Of a stretch of 64,000 nucleotides of DNA, positions 9,858 through 16,904 are shown piece by piece. How positions within the stretch are numbered: position 1 is the stretch's first letter; every line of letters begins with the position of its first letter. A model generated the notes under the pieces. That model saw nothing but the letters and a program-made list of their open reading frames with translations. It did not search any database and was not told the DNA's origin. Source of the stretch: an uncultured Gammaproteobacteria bacterium (GTDB lineage: Bacteria > Patescibacteriota > Patescibacteriia > Magasanikbacterales > GWA2-37-8); contig CAZQUL010000001.1 of assembly GCA_964596525.1 (NCBI GenBank), positions 1,276,312 through 1,340,311 on the forward strand, read 5' to 3'. Position numbers and translations under genes: made by a program.

Positions 9858-9890
9858 AAAGCACCCCCGTTTCCTCGAAAGGAAACAGGG
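9858..9890 (-). terminator. terminator-like hairpin downstream of the high-GC lipoprotein gene
   Basis: CCCCGTTTCC-tcgaaa-GGAAACAGGGG, followed on the minus strand by a T-rich tract. Confidence 0.45.
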
Positions 9891-9945
9891 GTTTGAGCCG
9901 AGACGCGGCGGCGTGCGTCAGGGACTCAGGGGGCACACAGGGCCG

Positions 9946-10449
9946 CTACTGGATGAACGGGAGGAGCGTGCAGTAGGCCACGCGCTCGCCGTTGGGGAGC
10001 GGCTGCTGGAGGTTGCTCAGGACGACCTTGGTGAGGCCGCCCCGGGCGTAGGCGGCGGTCACCCACGCGGCGCCGAAGCGCTGCGGGAAGTCGGGCCGCG
10101 ACTCCTCGGTGACGCGCACGCCGGTCTTGTTGCCGTCGTACGTGGCCTGCTCCAGCTTGACCCAGGCGTCGAACTTGATGCCCTTGATGGTCTGCGAGCA
10201 GTTCTGGTAGTTGCTGTCGCAGGCGTACGGGTCCTGACCCTCGACAGCGCCGTCCGAAGCCGCGCAGTGGATGGCCGCGAACTTGGCGATGTCCTCGAAC
10301 TGGAGAGGCGTGCCGCCGGTGTTCTTGATCCAGCTCACGGTGGCGTCGCTGTTGAAGGCCTGATCGTCATAGAGGCCGCAGCCGGTGACGGAGGTGGCGA
10401 GGACGGAGGCGACGAAGGAGAGGCTGAGGGTGAGGGTGAGCTTGTTCAT
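9946..10449 (-). CDS. G+C-rich lipoprotein gene (hypothetical secreted lipoprotein)
   Basis: 167 aa; MNKLTLTLSLSFVASVLATSVTGCG (signal peptide plus lipobox); AAGGAG RBS; coding region visibly much more G+C-rich than the flanks; the antisense 237-aa ORF is a Gly/Arg-rich artefact. Confidence 0.6.
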   Translation of the reverse strand: MNKLTLTLSLSFVASVLATSVTGCGLYDDQAFNSDATVSWIKNTGGTPLQFEDIAKFAAIHCAASDGAVEGQDPYACDSNYQNCSQTIKGIKFDAWVKLEQATYDGNKTGVRVTEESRPDFPQRFGAAWVTAAYARGGLTKVVLSNLQQPLPNGERVAYCTLLPFIQ

Positions 10450-10534
10450 GGGATGCTCCTTTCGTTGTTCTCTGAGATGTTCAAGGCGTTAACGTTCGGG
10501 ACCGGGTAGCAGACCATGGGCAATGGTGCCGTAG

Positions 10535-10588
10535 ATCTACAACCGTACTTTCAGCGGCAGTGGTGGCGCGGAGAGTACGGTTGTAGAT
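10535..10588 (-). other. 15-bp perfect-stem hairpin in the 5' UTR of the lipoprotein gene
   Basis: ATCTACAACCGTACT - 24-nt G+C-rich loop - AGTACGGTTGTAGAT; no T-run follows, so not an intrinsic terminator. Confidence 0.5.
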
Positions 10589-10649
10589 GTTGTTCAAAGA
10601 ACGGAGATAGATCCTTGGTTCAGTGCCTATCTCCAGTCTCGAACTCTGC

Positions 10650-10679
10650 AGTATACCATACTTTGACAGTCTTGTCAAG
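10650..10679 (-). promoter_or_regulatory. sigma70-type promoter P1 (minus strand) driving the lipoprotein gene
   Basis: Reverse complement reads TTGACA-agactgtcaaagtatggc(18)-TATACT. Confidence 0.55.
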
Positions 10680-10756
10680 TATATCTCGGAGTGGTCAATT
10701 TGATTGGGTCTTTTTAAAGAACCTTGAGGCAGGTTCTACGATCACTCACGAGCATT

Positions 10757-10785
10757 ATATTACCATACTTTTACGACCTTGTCAA
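10757..10785 (-). promoter_or_regulatory. sigma70-type promoter P2, near-duplicate of P1 about 105 bp upstream
   Basis: Reverse complement reads TTGACA-aggtcgtaaaagtatgg(17)-TAATAT; the surrounding roughly 35 nt is about 80% identical to P1. Confidence 0.5.
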
Positions 10786-10855
10786 GAGTTGCTCAAAGAT
10801 AGCAAAACTAAGCGGAATTTCTGGCAGCGCTCTTAAAATTCCGCGCAATAAATGA

Positions 10856-10885
10856 GAAAAGGCCTTAGGAAGGCCTCTTTTCTCT
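10856..10885 (-). terminator. rho-independent terminator of the pyrH-like gene
   Basis: GAGAAAAGGCCTT-agg-AAGGCCTCTTTTCTC, with a T-rich tract on the minus strand. Confidence 0.55.
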
Positions 10886-10911
10886 TACCGGCTCTAGAAT
10901 AGAAAAATGAT

Positions 10912-11604
10912 TTAACCTAATGTGGTACCGCGGTATTTCTTTCCATGAAGCACTTTTTTAATCTGTTCTATATCAGTTCCTTTTACAAAGTGAACCTTAA
11001 GCTTAAGGCGCTCGGCCAAGCGTGTCGCCACCGGGTCAAACGGCGCACTCATACCCGGAGTCCACGTGTCGCCAACAATACCGCGATATTCTTTCCAGGT
11101 AAGGGCTTCAAAGCGTTTAGCGTCGGGGTTTATGCGCGGATCGCTGTCGCATACGTAATCAATATTAGAAAGATTAATGAGCTCGAGCGCGCCAAAATGC
11201 TTAGCAAGCAGAACAGCATCGGTGTCGGTTGAACAACCCGGTTTCCATCCCGCGGCAATAATGATCGGCTTGGCCGTGGCAATTTTCTTGGTGGGGTTGG
11301 TAACAACAAGGGGGTACGCGAGCTTACCAAAGAGCATGCGTACGAACTCAGCGTTAAAGATGGTGGTGTGGATACCTAACCAATCGAGATCGGTGTTGGT
11401 CGTGGTCGGGATGGTTTCTTTAAGCGCTTGCTGATAGTGGCGGCAGGTCGCTCCCCCGCCGACCGTCAGGATGAACCGGCGGCCTTTTTTAACTTCTGCC
11501 ATAATGAGCGCGCGGAACTTCTTGAGGAAGGGAACATCAAAACCCGTTTTGGGAATAATGATGGAACCTCCGACAGAAAGGATGGTGTACTTAGTGGAAG
11601 GCAT
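10912..11604 (-). CDS. pyrH: amino-acid-kinase-fold uridylate (UMP) kinase, archaeal-type PyrH-like
   Basis: 230 aa; ILSVGGSII...TVGGG...DLDWLGIHTT...AAGWKPGCSTDTDAVLLA...NIDYVCDSDP: glycine-rich nucleotide-binding blocks of the AAK/UMPK family. Confidence 0.55.
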   Translation of the reverse strand: MPSTKYTILSVGGSIIIPKTGFDVPFLKKFRALIMAEVKKGRRFILTVGGGATCRHYQQALKETIPTTTNTDLDWLGIHTTIFNAEFVRMLFGKLAYPLVVTNPTKKIATAKPIIIAAGWKPGCSTDTDAVLLAKHFGALELINLSNIDYVCDSDPRINPDAKRFEALTWKEYRGIVGDTWTPGMSAPFDPVATRLAERLKLKVHFVKGTDIEQIKKVLHGKKYRGTTLG

Positions 11605-11704
11605 AGCACTTATAAGTAAATAGGATCAGTAAAAAATAAATAGTAAGCAACAAGCATATCTACCGTTCCACTTTTTACTGCCTTCTATTTACTTTGTACC
11701 TTTA

Positions 11705-11872
11705 GGGATTGTTATCGTTATTCAACCACGAAGAATTGCCGCGCAGCTTGCGGTGCAATTTACTGTCGGGCTGCCGCTTAAAAACTTCGGGCCGTCCGGC
11801 CAACCAACGACTCGGAGTGCGGTAGGCCACCCGTCCTTTGTGCGCGCGATTGTTGGAATATCCTTTCATAAA
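11705..11872 (-). CDS. possible small basic protein (55 aa), unassigned
   Basis: MKGYSNNRAHKGRVAYRTPSRWLAGRPEVFKRQPDSKLHRKLRGNSSWLNNDNNP; no convincing RBS and no family recognised; may be spurious. Confidence 0.2.
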
Positions 11873-11885
11873 AAAGTTGGCTTAC

Positions 11886-11920
11886 AAAAAAGCATCCCGT
11901 TTCCGGGATACTTTTTGGGT
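11886..11920. terminator. bidirectional terminator
   Basis: AAAAAAGCATCCCG-tttc-CGGGATACTTTTTGG. Confidence 0.55.
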
Positions 11921-11922
11921 GT

Positions 11923-12270
11923 TTAATCATCACCTCGTTGCACCAAACCGCCGATGATCCAACCGAGAATGGACATGAGAAGCGCACCGAGGAAGGCGGG
12001 CCAAAAACCGGCGACATCGAAACCTTTGACTACCGTTGAAACAAGCCAGAACATGAGGGCGTTAATAATCAAGCCGAAAAGACCAAGGGTGAGGAGATTA
12101 ATAGGTAACGTAAGAAGCGAGATTATAGGACGGATAACGGCATTAACCAAGCCAAGCACGAGCGCAGCGATGAGTGCGGAATAAAAACCGTCTACATCAA
12201 TACCCGGCAAATAGTACGCGATAAGCATGAGTGCCCCGGCGGAGAGCAACCAACGAAGAAGTAAGCGCAT
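11923..12270 (-). CDS. DUF360/YvlD-family small membrane protein (phage-holin-4-like fold)
   Basis: 115 aa, 3-4 TM helices; MRLLLRWLLSAGALMLIAYYLPGIDVDGFYSALIAALVLGLVNAVIRPIISLLTLPINLLTLGLFGLIINALMFWL. Confidence 0.55.
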   Translation of the reverse strand: MRLLLRWLLSAGALMLIAYYLPGIDVDGFYSALIAALVLGLVNAVIRPIISLLTLPINLLTLGLFGLIINALMFWLVSTVVKGFDVAGFWPAFLGALLMSILGWIIGGLVQRGDD

Positions 12271-12299
12271 AGAAAATAAAGTTTCTTGTCAGTATAGTA

Positions 12300-12331
12300 A
12301 AGCAAAAACCCTTGCGGTGCAAGGGTTGTTC
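12300..12331 (-). terminator. terminator of the Cys-rich lipoprotein gene
   Basis: AAAAACCCTTGC-ggtg-CAAGGGTTGTT. Confidence 0.5.
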
Positions 12332-12337
12332 GGAGTG

Positions 12338-13300
12338 CTAGAAAAAGTCGCATTTTTTATAGACAGGGTCGCAGATAGTGCTTATGCACCATTTATCTTC
12401 GTCGCAATCCTCGTCGTATTGACAGGGCTTGAGGCAGGCCGGACCGCAGTCAATACCTTTTTCACGGCCATCCTTTACTTTGTTGCCACACGTCTCATCC
12501 ACACAGCGTCGGCGCTCGATGCGGTAGAAATCAGGCGGGCCGGAAATCATGAGCGGGTTATAGACTTCGCTCACCGGGCGGCACCCCAGGATGGGCGAGA
12601 CGACGGAACTGCAGTCATCGTCTATGGCGCAGAGCTTTCCGTGCGTGCAGCGCGGACAAGCAAAGCTTGCCGTGAGAGTCGGGTCAGCGGAGCTAAAGGG
12701 AATCATCTCGACACCACCACAGTCCACATCGGTTTCTTGGCCGTTACGTGATCCATCGGTACAGGTCGGCGCGATACAGGTACCGCCCCGACAGGAATAG
12801 CTGAGGCAATCCCAGTTATGATTGCATCTTTTGCCGCGTCCGCATTTCTTGAGTTCGTCGGCATGCTCGGTGAGGAGCGAAGCTTTTTCACGCGCCTTGC
12901 AGGCTTCGAAGTCGAAGCGGCCCCAGCAGCGCGATGCAGGAAGAACTTCACTAATCCAGACCGGATCGGTATAAGGAAAGAACGAACGGCAGGTGCCGCA
13001 GCTATCGGGCCAGGTGCAGGGGCCGGTTTTGGTGAAGGGACCTTCGCGACAATCGTCCGAAGAGCTGCACCAGGCCGGGCCTTTGGTGACTTCGTACGAG
13101 CCGTCGGGTAAGGCGCGCTCAAAGTAACAACGCCAGGAAGGATACTCGTCGATAAACTCCACGGCGCATACACCGCCGCAGTCAACATCGGTTTCGGTAC
13201 CGTTCATTTCTCCATCGGCACAGGTATGTGGCGGCGATGCGCAGCTAGACATACCGAAAAGCACCACACCTACAAAACCGAAAACAAGTCGAGATGCCAT
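12338..13300 (-). CDS. Cys-rich secreted lipoprotein with three copies of a C-x-DG-x2-NG-x-E-x-DVDCGG repeat (Myxococcus-type cysteine-rich repeat-like)
   Basis: 320 aa with about 40 Cys; lipobox LFGMSSC; repeats TCADGEMNGTETDVDCGGVC / TCTDGSRNGQETDVDCGG / TCGNKVKDGREKGIDCGPAC. Confidence 0.6.
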   Translation of the reverse strand: MASRLVFGFVGVVLFGMSSCASPPHTCADGEMNGTETDVDCGGVCAVEFIDEYPSWRCYFERALPDGSYEVTKGPAWCSSSDDCREGPFTKTGPCTWPDSCGTCRSFFPYTDPVWISEVLPASRCWGRFDFEACKAREKASLLTEHADELKKCGRGKRCNHNWDCLSYSCRGGTCIAPTCTDGSRNGQETDVDCGGVEMIPFSSADPTLTASFACPRCTHGKLCAIDDDCSSVVSPILGCRPVSEVYNPLMISGPPDFYRIERRRCVDETCGNKVKDGREKGIDCGPACLKPCQYDEDCDEDKWCISTICDPVYKKCDFF

Positions 13301-13385
13301 CTGTCTCTTCCTTTTGAAAAGTACCTGCTTAGCTTAAAGTAAAAAACACCGTTCAGCAAGCAGCATGATAAATGGTGTTTTTTGA

Positions 13386-13685
13386 TTATTTATCATTGCT
13401 CAAGCCCATCTTGGAAATCCAGCCAGCCACGTATACAGCAACATACTTGAAAATATCTCGCCCGAACGCGCGAAACGTCTCCCAGTCCCCTTTCACAATA
13501 TAATGAATGCTGAGCGCCACAACCCAAAGTATAAAAAAGGCAGTGACCGCATAGACACCATACTCAAGCACCGTCGCCAGTGCATCAAAAATACGCTCGC
13601 GACGACGATGATTCTTAAGCCGACCATTACGCTCCAGATCTTCATCAGATACTACTTCACGCGCTTGTTCAACCCTCCGTTCCAT
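13386..13685 (-). CDS. small two-TM membrane protein, last gene of the TA/ImmA operon
   Basis: 99 aa; charged N-terminus, then TM helices GVYAVTAFFILWVVALSIHYIV and YVAVYVAGWISKM; start is 3 nt after the immA stop. Confidence 0.45.
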   Translation of the reverse strand: MERRVEQAREVVSDEDLERNGRLKNHRRRERIFDALATVLEYGVYAVTAFFILWVVALSIHYIVKGDWETFRAFGRDIFKYVAVYVAGWISKMGLSNDK

Positions 13686-13688
13686 ATA

Positions 13689-14207
13689 CTACATCATTAC
13701 CTCGCCAAGGAGTTTTTCGGCCCGGATGCTGGCCGCCGATACTGAAACATTGAACTGTCTAGCCACTTCTTCAACCGAAGTGGCGGTTTTCCAGGCGTTT
13801 CTAAATGGTTCAGTTGGCATAAGAATTTCGGCAGCAAGGGTGTTCGCTTCGATTTCCATGGCTTTTTCTTCGGGAGTTTTGACACCTTCTTCTTTGCGGT
13901 GCAATGCGCTCGGCTGGCGCACACCATCAACATGTTCGAGACCAAGTTTATCACGGTGCAGTATGTAATGCGCTATTTCGTGCGCGATGGTGAAGCGTCG
14001 GCGCGTCGGTGGGTGGGAGCTATTAACGTAAATAGCAAATGTTTCTCCTTCTTTTTTGAGCGAGCCAGATTCATTCGGTCGAAAATCCTCGGTCAAAAAA
14101 ACTTTGAGACCGAGCTCTTCGGCGAGCGGGATAAGTTTGGTGGCGCCGCCGTCTTGGTAGCGCTCAATGATTTCTTTAAAGGCAGTAAGCATACGCAGAG
14201 CAGTCAT
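13689..14207 (-). CDS. ImmA/IrrE-family (COG2856, M78-like) zinc metallopeptidase
   Basis: 172 aa; HEXXH motif in RRRFTIAHEIAHYILHRD with the downstream E (EANTLAAEILMP) typical of ImmA/IrrE. Confidence 0.75.
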   Translation of the reverse strand: MTALRMLTAFKEIIERYQDGGATKLIPLAEELGLKVFLTEDFRPNESGSLKKEGETFAIYVNSSHPPTRRRFTIAHEIAHYILHRDKLGLEHVDGVRQPSALHRKEEGVKTPEEKAMEIEANTLAAEILMPTEPFRNAWKTATSVEEVARQFNVSVSAASIRAEKLLGEVMM

Positions 14208-14229
14208 GTCGAAACATGCGGGTACTATA

Positions 14230-14769
14230 CTATACTTCGGGAAAATGGGACATTATTCCCTGCTCGAGCACATCGTCATTCCATAATTCGACATCGACAT
14301 AGACTCGTTCATCAACGCCGATAAAGGCGGCGTAGGGTGCTTCGAGGACACGAGCTTTGTGGACCAGTTCTTTGAGCCCAAGTTCGTGTCGCAAGGAAAT
14401 AGCCCCAGTGGAATGTGCAAAGTCAATCGCCACGATCGGCCGTTCACGAGCTTCATTCTCATAGATGACAAGATCGATAGTATGGGGCGTTGGCATGCCT
14501 GGGACCGTAACGTTTAGAGCGATTTGCTGATGATGAAAACCACGGCCTTCCAAAAGTTCCTCGAAGAACTTTCGCCGCCGTTCATTGAGGGATTCGTACG
14601 CTCGATTGGGCTGAATGAGATATTTCGGACGTGGCGACCACACGTGATCGGCGGAAAATTTACTGTGTCCATGTGGTGCAATAACGGCGTACTGCGCAAT
14701 GATAGCCCGGGTATATTGCAATCGAAAGTCTTGGCACATGGAGGTCGAAGCGGTGCTTGAGGGCATACT
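14230..14769 (-). CDS. hypothetical protein, possibly PD-(D/E)xK/HsdR-N-like fold
   Basis: Start set at MPSSTASTS..., 1 nt after the toxin stop (the longer ORF start at 14811 would overlap the toxin gene); TIDLVIYENEARERPIVAIDFAHSTGA resembles, imperfectly, a restriction-endonuclease-like core. Confidence 0.4.
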   Translation of the reverse strand, partial: SMPSSTASTSMCQDFRLQYTRAIIAQYAVIAPHGHSKFSADHVWSPRPKYLIQPNRAYESLNERRRKFFEELLEGRGFHHQQIALNVTVPGMPTPHTIDLVIYENEARERPIVAIDFAHSTGAISLRHELGLKELVHKARVLEAPYAAFIGVDERVYVDVELWNDDVLEQGIMSHFPEV

Positions 14770-14770
14770 T

Positions 14771-15004
14771 TTAAAGGTTAAAAATAATAACTCGTTTAGT
14801 AGGCTCATCAAAACGATAGAGCAGCGTATATGGCCAGACTTTTACGCGCCGAAAATCTCCAAGCGGGGTGGAAACTTCTTCACCAAGCTTGGGGTAGAAG
14901 GAGAGCATGTCGATGGTTTCGACAACGCGCACCACCCACGGCAGCGGCAGTGAGCGTAGTGTTTTTTCGACGATTTTGGGAATGATGATGGGATATCCCG
15001 TCAT
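14771..15004 (-). CDS. RelE/ParE-family type II toxin
   Basis: 78 aa from the internal ATG: MTGYPIIIPKIVEKTLRSLPLPWVVRVVETIDMLSFYPKLGEEVSTPLGDFRRVKVWPYTLLYRFDEPTKRVIIFNL (characteristic ...G.YRiiY.id....v.I..v.hR-like C-terminus). The 174-aa ORF upstream extension overlaps the antitoxin gene in another frame. Confidence 0.7.
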   Translation of the reverse strand: MTGYPIIIPKIVEKTLRSLPLPWVVRVVETIDMLSFYPKLGEEVSTPLGDFRRVKVWPYTLLYRFDEPTKRVIIFNL

Positions 15005-15005
15005 A

Positions 15006-15350
15006 TTAGGACTTCTTGAAACGGTAAGCGGCGCGTGGTGTACGGACGGCAGTGTCTGGATCTGCCGCTTTGGGTTCAAGACCAAGGCGCTCTTTGATAC
15101 TTTCCCAACTGTAGTATTCGCCTCGTGCGTATTCGTCTTCGATCTTTTTGATGCGGGCGATAAGCTCGGGGTTGCTAAGAAGTTCGATCGTCTCCATAAG
15201 CGCATCGAACTCTTTTTTGGCGATGAGAATGAGTTTGGGATCGCCTTCGACGGTGAGCGTGCAAAAATTACCCGGTTTTTGGACTTCTTCAGCAAGTTCG
15301 AAAAGGTGCTTGCGAGCCTCGGAAATTGAAATGATTTTTTTGCCAGGCAT
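15006..15350 (-). CDS. Phd/YefM-family antitoxin
   Basis: 114 aa; MPGKKIISISEARKHLFELAEEVQK...LTVEGDPKLILIAKKEFDALMETIELLSNPEL matches the YefM N-terminal fold; stop is 1 nt from the toxin start. Confidence 0.75.
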   Translation of the reverse strand: MPGKKIISISEARKHLFELAEEVQKPGNFCTLTVEGDPKLILIAKKEFDALMETIELLSNPELIARIKKIEDEYARGEYYSWESIKERLGLEPKAADPDTAVRTPRAAYRFKKS

Positions 15351-15366
15351 AGGTGGTTGAAATTAT

Positions 15367-15397
15367 ATGTACATTATAACGTACATATCATGTACGT
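15367..15397. promoter_or_regulatory. overlapping perfect palindromes (likely Phd/YefM autoregulatory operator) over a TATAAT-like -10 region
   Basis: ATGTAC-attataac-GTACAT and ACGTACAT-atc-ATGTACGT (8-bp arms), immediately upstream of the antitoxin start. Confidence 0.5.
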
Positions 15398-15480
15398 GGT
15401 AGTGGATAATTTAAGAGACCGCCCTTCGTCCATTGACACTCCCCTATCTTAACTTTATGCTCTAACCGAAGAGGAGGACC

Positions 15481-16758
15481 ATGATGATAAGGAATGCCTG
15501 CCTGTCTCTATTTTTCGCACTCAGCTGCGCCTGCAGCCAGCCTAAGGAGAACACACCTGGTTTCGTTGATGCAGAAGCGCTCGTTAAAGATTCCGCCGTG
15601 CAAAAGGTGTTTCAAGAGCTCGACCACAGGTACGAGGACTTTATCTGCGATCTCGTACAGCTAACTGAGATTCCCGCCCCATCCCAGGGCGAAGCAGAGC
15701 GCGCAGCAGTGGTAAAAGCTCGATTTCAAGAGCTTGGCCTGTCTGCGGTTCGCATTGATAAAGCAGGCAATGTTATCGGCGAACGCGCGGGCAACGAAAC
15801 CGGGCCGAACCTACTCATCACCGCGCACCTCGACACGGTTTTTCCGGCCGGAACAGACGTGCGAGTACAAAAAAAGGGCACCATCTACAGCGCGCCGGGC
15901 ATCGGTGATAATGCACAGGGGCTCGCTGCGCTTATCGCTTTCGCACGGGCGCTTTATGCGCACCAGACGCCAACCAACGGGTCGATTATATTCGCAGCAA
16001 CCACCGGCGAAGAACAGGATCTACGCGGTATGCGCCATATGCTCGCAGACCGGGCAATGCGCACACGTATTCACGGCGTAATCGTGCTTGATTATAAAGA
16101 TGATTACACGGTGAATAACGTGGCTGTAGGCAAACGCTCATTTACCGTGACGTACCGCGGACCGGGCGGCCATGCCTTCGAATACGCCGGGAGCGTCAAT
16201 CCGACTTTTGCTCTGGCCTCGACGATTGCCATGCTCGGCCGGCTTAACGTAACGGATAACCCTAAAACCGCCATCAATGTGAGCAAACTCACGAGCAATC
16301 CCGGAGCGGGAACGATTCCGGAATATGCATCCATGGAAGTGAGCCTGCGCTCGGCATCGGAGCGACAGATTGATCAGCTCGAAGAACGCATGCGCAGCAT
16401 GGCGGCAGCCGGAGTTATGGCGGAAAATACAGTGCGTAGCCTAGCGCACGGAAAGATTTCGGTTGATATAACGCAGAACAGCTCATTTCCCGCCGGCATA
16501 ACGCCCGTAAACTCACCACTCGTCACACTCGCTCTATCGGTTACGAGCGCGCTCGGTCGACAGCCGGAACTTGGGGCGAGAAGCAGTGACGCGAATATCG
16601 CCATGCACTACAGCATTCCGGCGATCATGATCGGTGCCGGGCGCTCCGAAGGAGCTCACACGTTAAACGACACTATCAACGTAGATAAAGCTGCCGCGCT
16701 ACCCGGACAACAACGCCTCGCCGCGATCACGCTCGGATTCGTCGGTATCAAGAAGTAA
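15481..16758 (+). CDS. M20-family metallopeptidase (ArgE/DapE/PepT-like), secreted lipoprotein form
   Basis: 425 aa; GAGGAGG RBS; lipobox FFALSCAC; metal-binding blocks ITAHLDTV, GIGDNAQG, TTGEEQD. Confidence 0.75.
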   Translation: MMIRNACLSLFFALSCACSQPKENTPGFVDAEALVKDSAVQKVFQELDHRYEDFICDLVQLTEIPAPSQGEAERAAVVKARFQELGLSAVRIDKAGNVIGERAGNETGPNLLITAHLDTVFPAGTDVRVQKKGTIYSAPGIGDNAQGLAALIAFARALYAHQTPTNGSIIFAATTGEEQDLRGMRHMLADRAMRTRIHGVIVLDYKDDYTVNNVAVGKRSFTVTYRGPGGHAFEYAGSVNPTFALASTIAMLGRLNVTDNPKTAINVSKLTSNPGAGTIPEYASMEVSLRSASERQIDQLEERMRSMAAAGVMAENTVRSLAHGKISVDITQNSSFPAGITPVNSPLVTLALSVTSALGRQPELGARSSDANIAMHYSIPAIMIGAGRSEGAHTLNDTINVDKAAALPGQQRLAAITLGFVGIKK

Positions 16759-16764
16759 GGCAAG

Positions 16765-16788
16765 CCACCAATGTTCTTGGTGGTTTTA
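16765..16788 (+). terminator. rho-independent terminator
   Basis: CCACCAA-tgttc-TTGGTGGTTTTAT. Confidence 0.6.
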
Positions 16789-16835
16789 TAGTATGCCTAG
16801 TGAGTCGTAGAGCGGTCTTTTATGGTTGACTTACG

Positions 16836-16864
16836 CAAAAAAAACTGCTACAATATGAACTTCA
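16836..16864 (+). promoter_or_regulatory. sigma70-type promoter of the ABC exporter operon
   Basis: TTGACT - 17 nt - TACAAT. Confidence 0.55.
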
Positions 16865-16904
16865 TTCCTTAGCCCTGTTTTGGGTTATATTTCTTTATTT
16901 ATTT

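Noticed and set aside
9796-10509. 237-aa plus-strand ORF (Gly/Arg/Ala-rich)
   Set aside because: Antisense to the high-GC lipoprotein gene; composition-driven open frame with no protein-like features, whereas the minus-strand frame gives a canonical signal peptide/lipobox protein with an RBS.
11778-12017. 79-aa minus-strand ORF
   Set aside because: Overlaps the DUF360 gene start and the bidirectional terminator; non-protein-like sequence.
14771-15295. 174-aa ORF spanning the toxin gene
   Set aside because: N-terminal 97 residues are Ser/Pro/Lys-rich read-through in another frame of the antitoxin gene; the RelE/ParE domain begins at the internal ATG immediately after the antitoxin stop.
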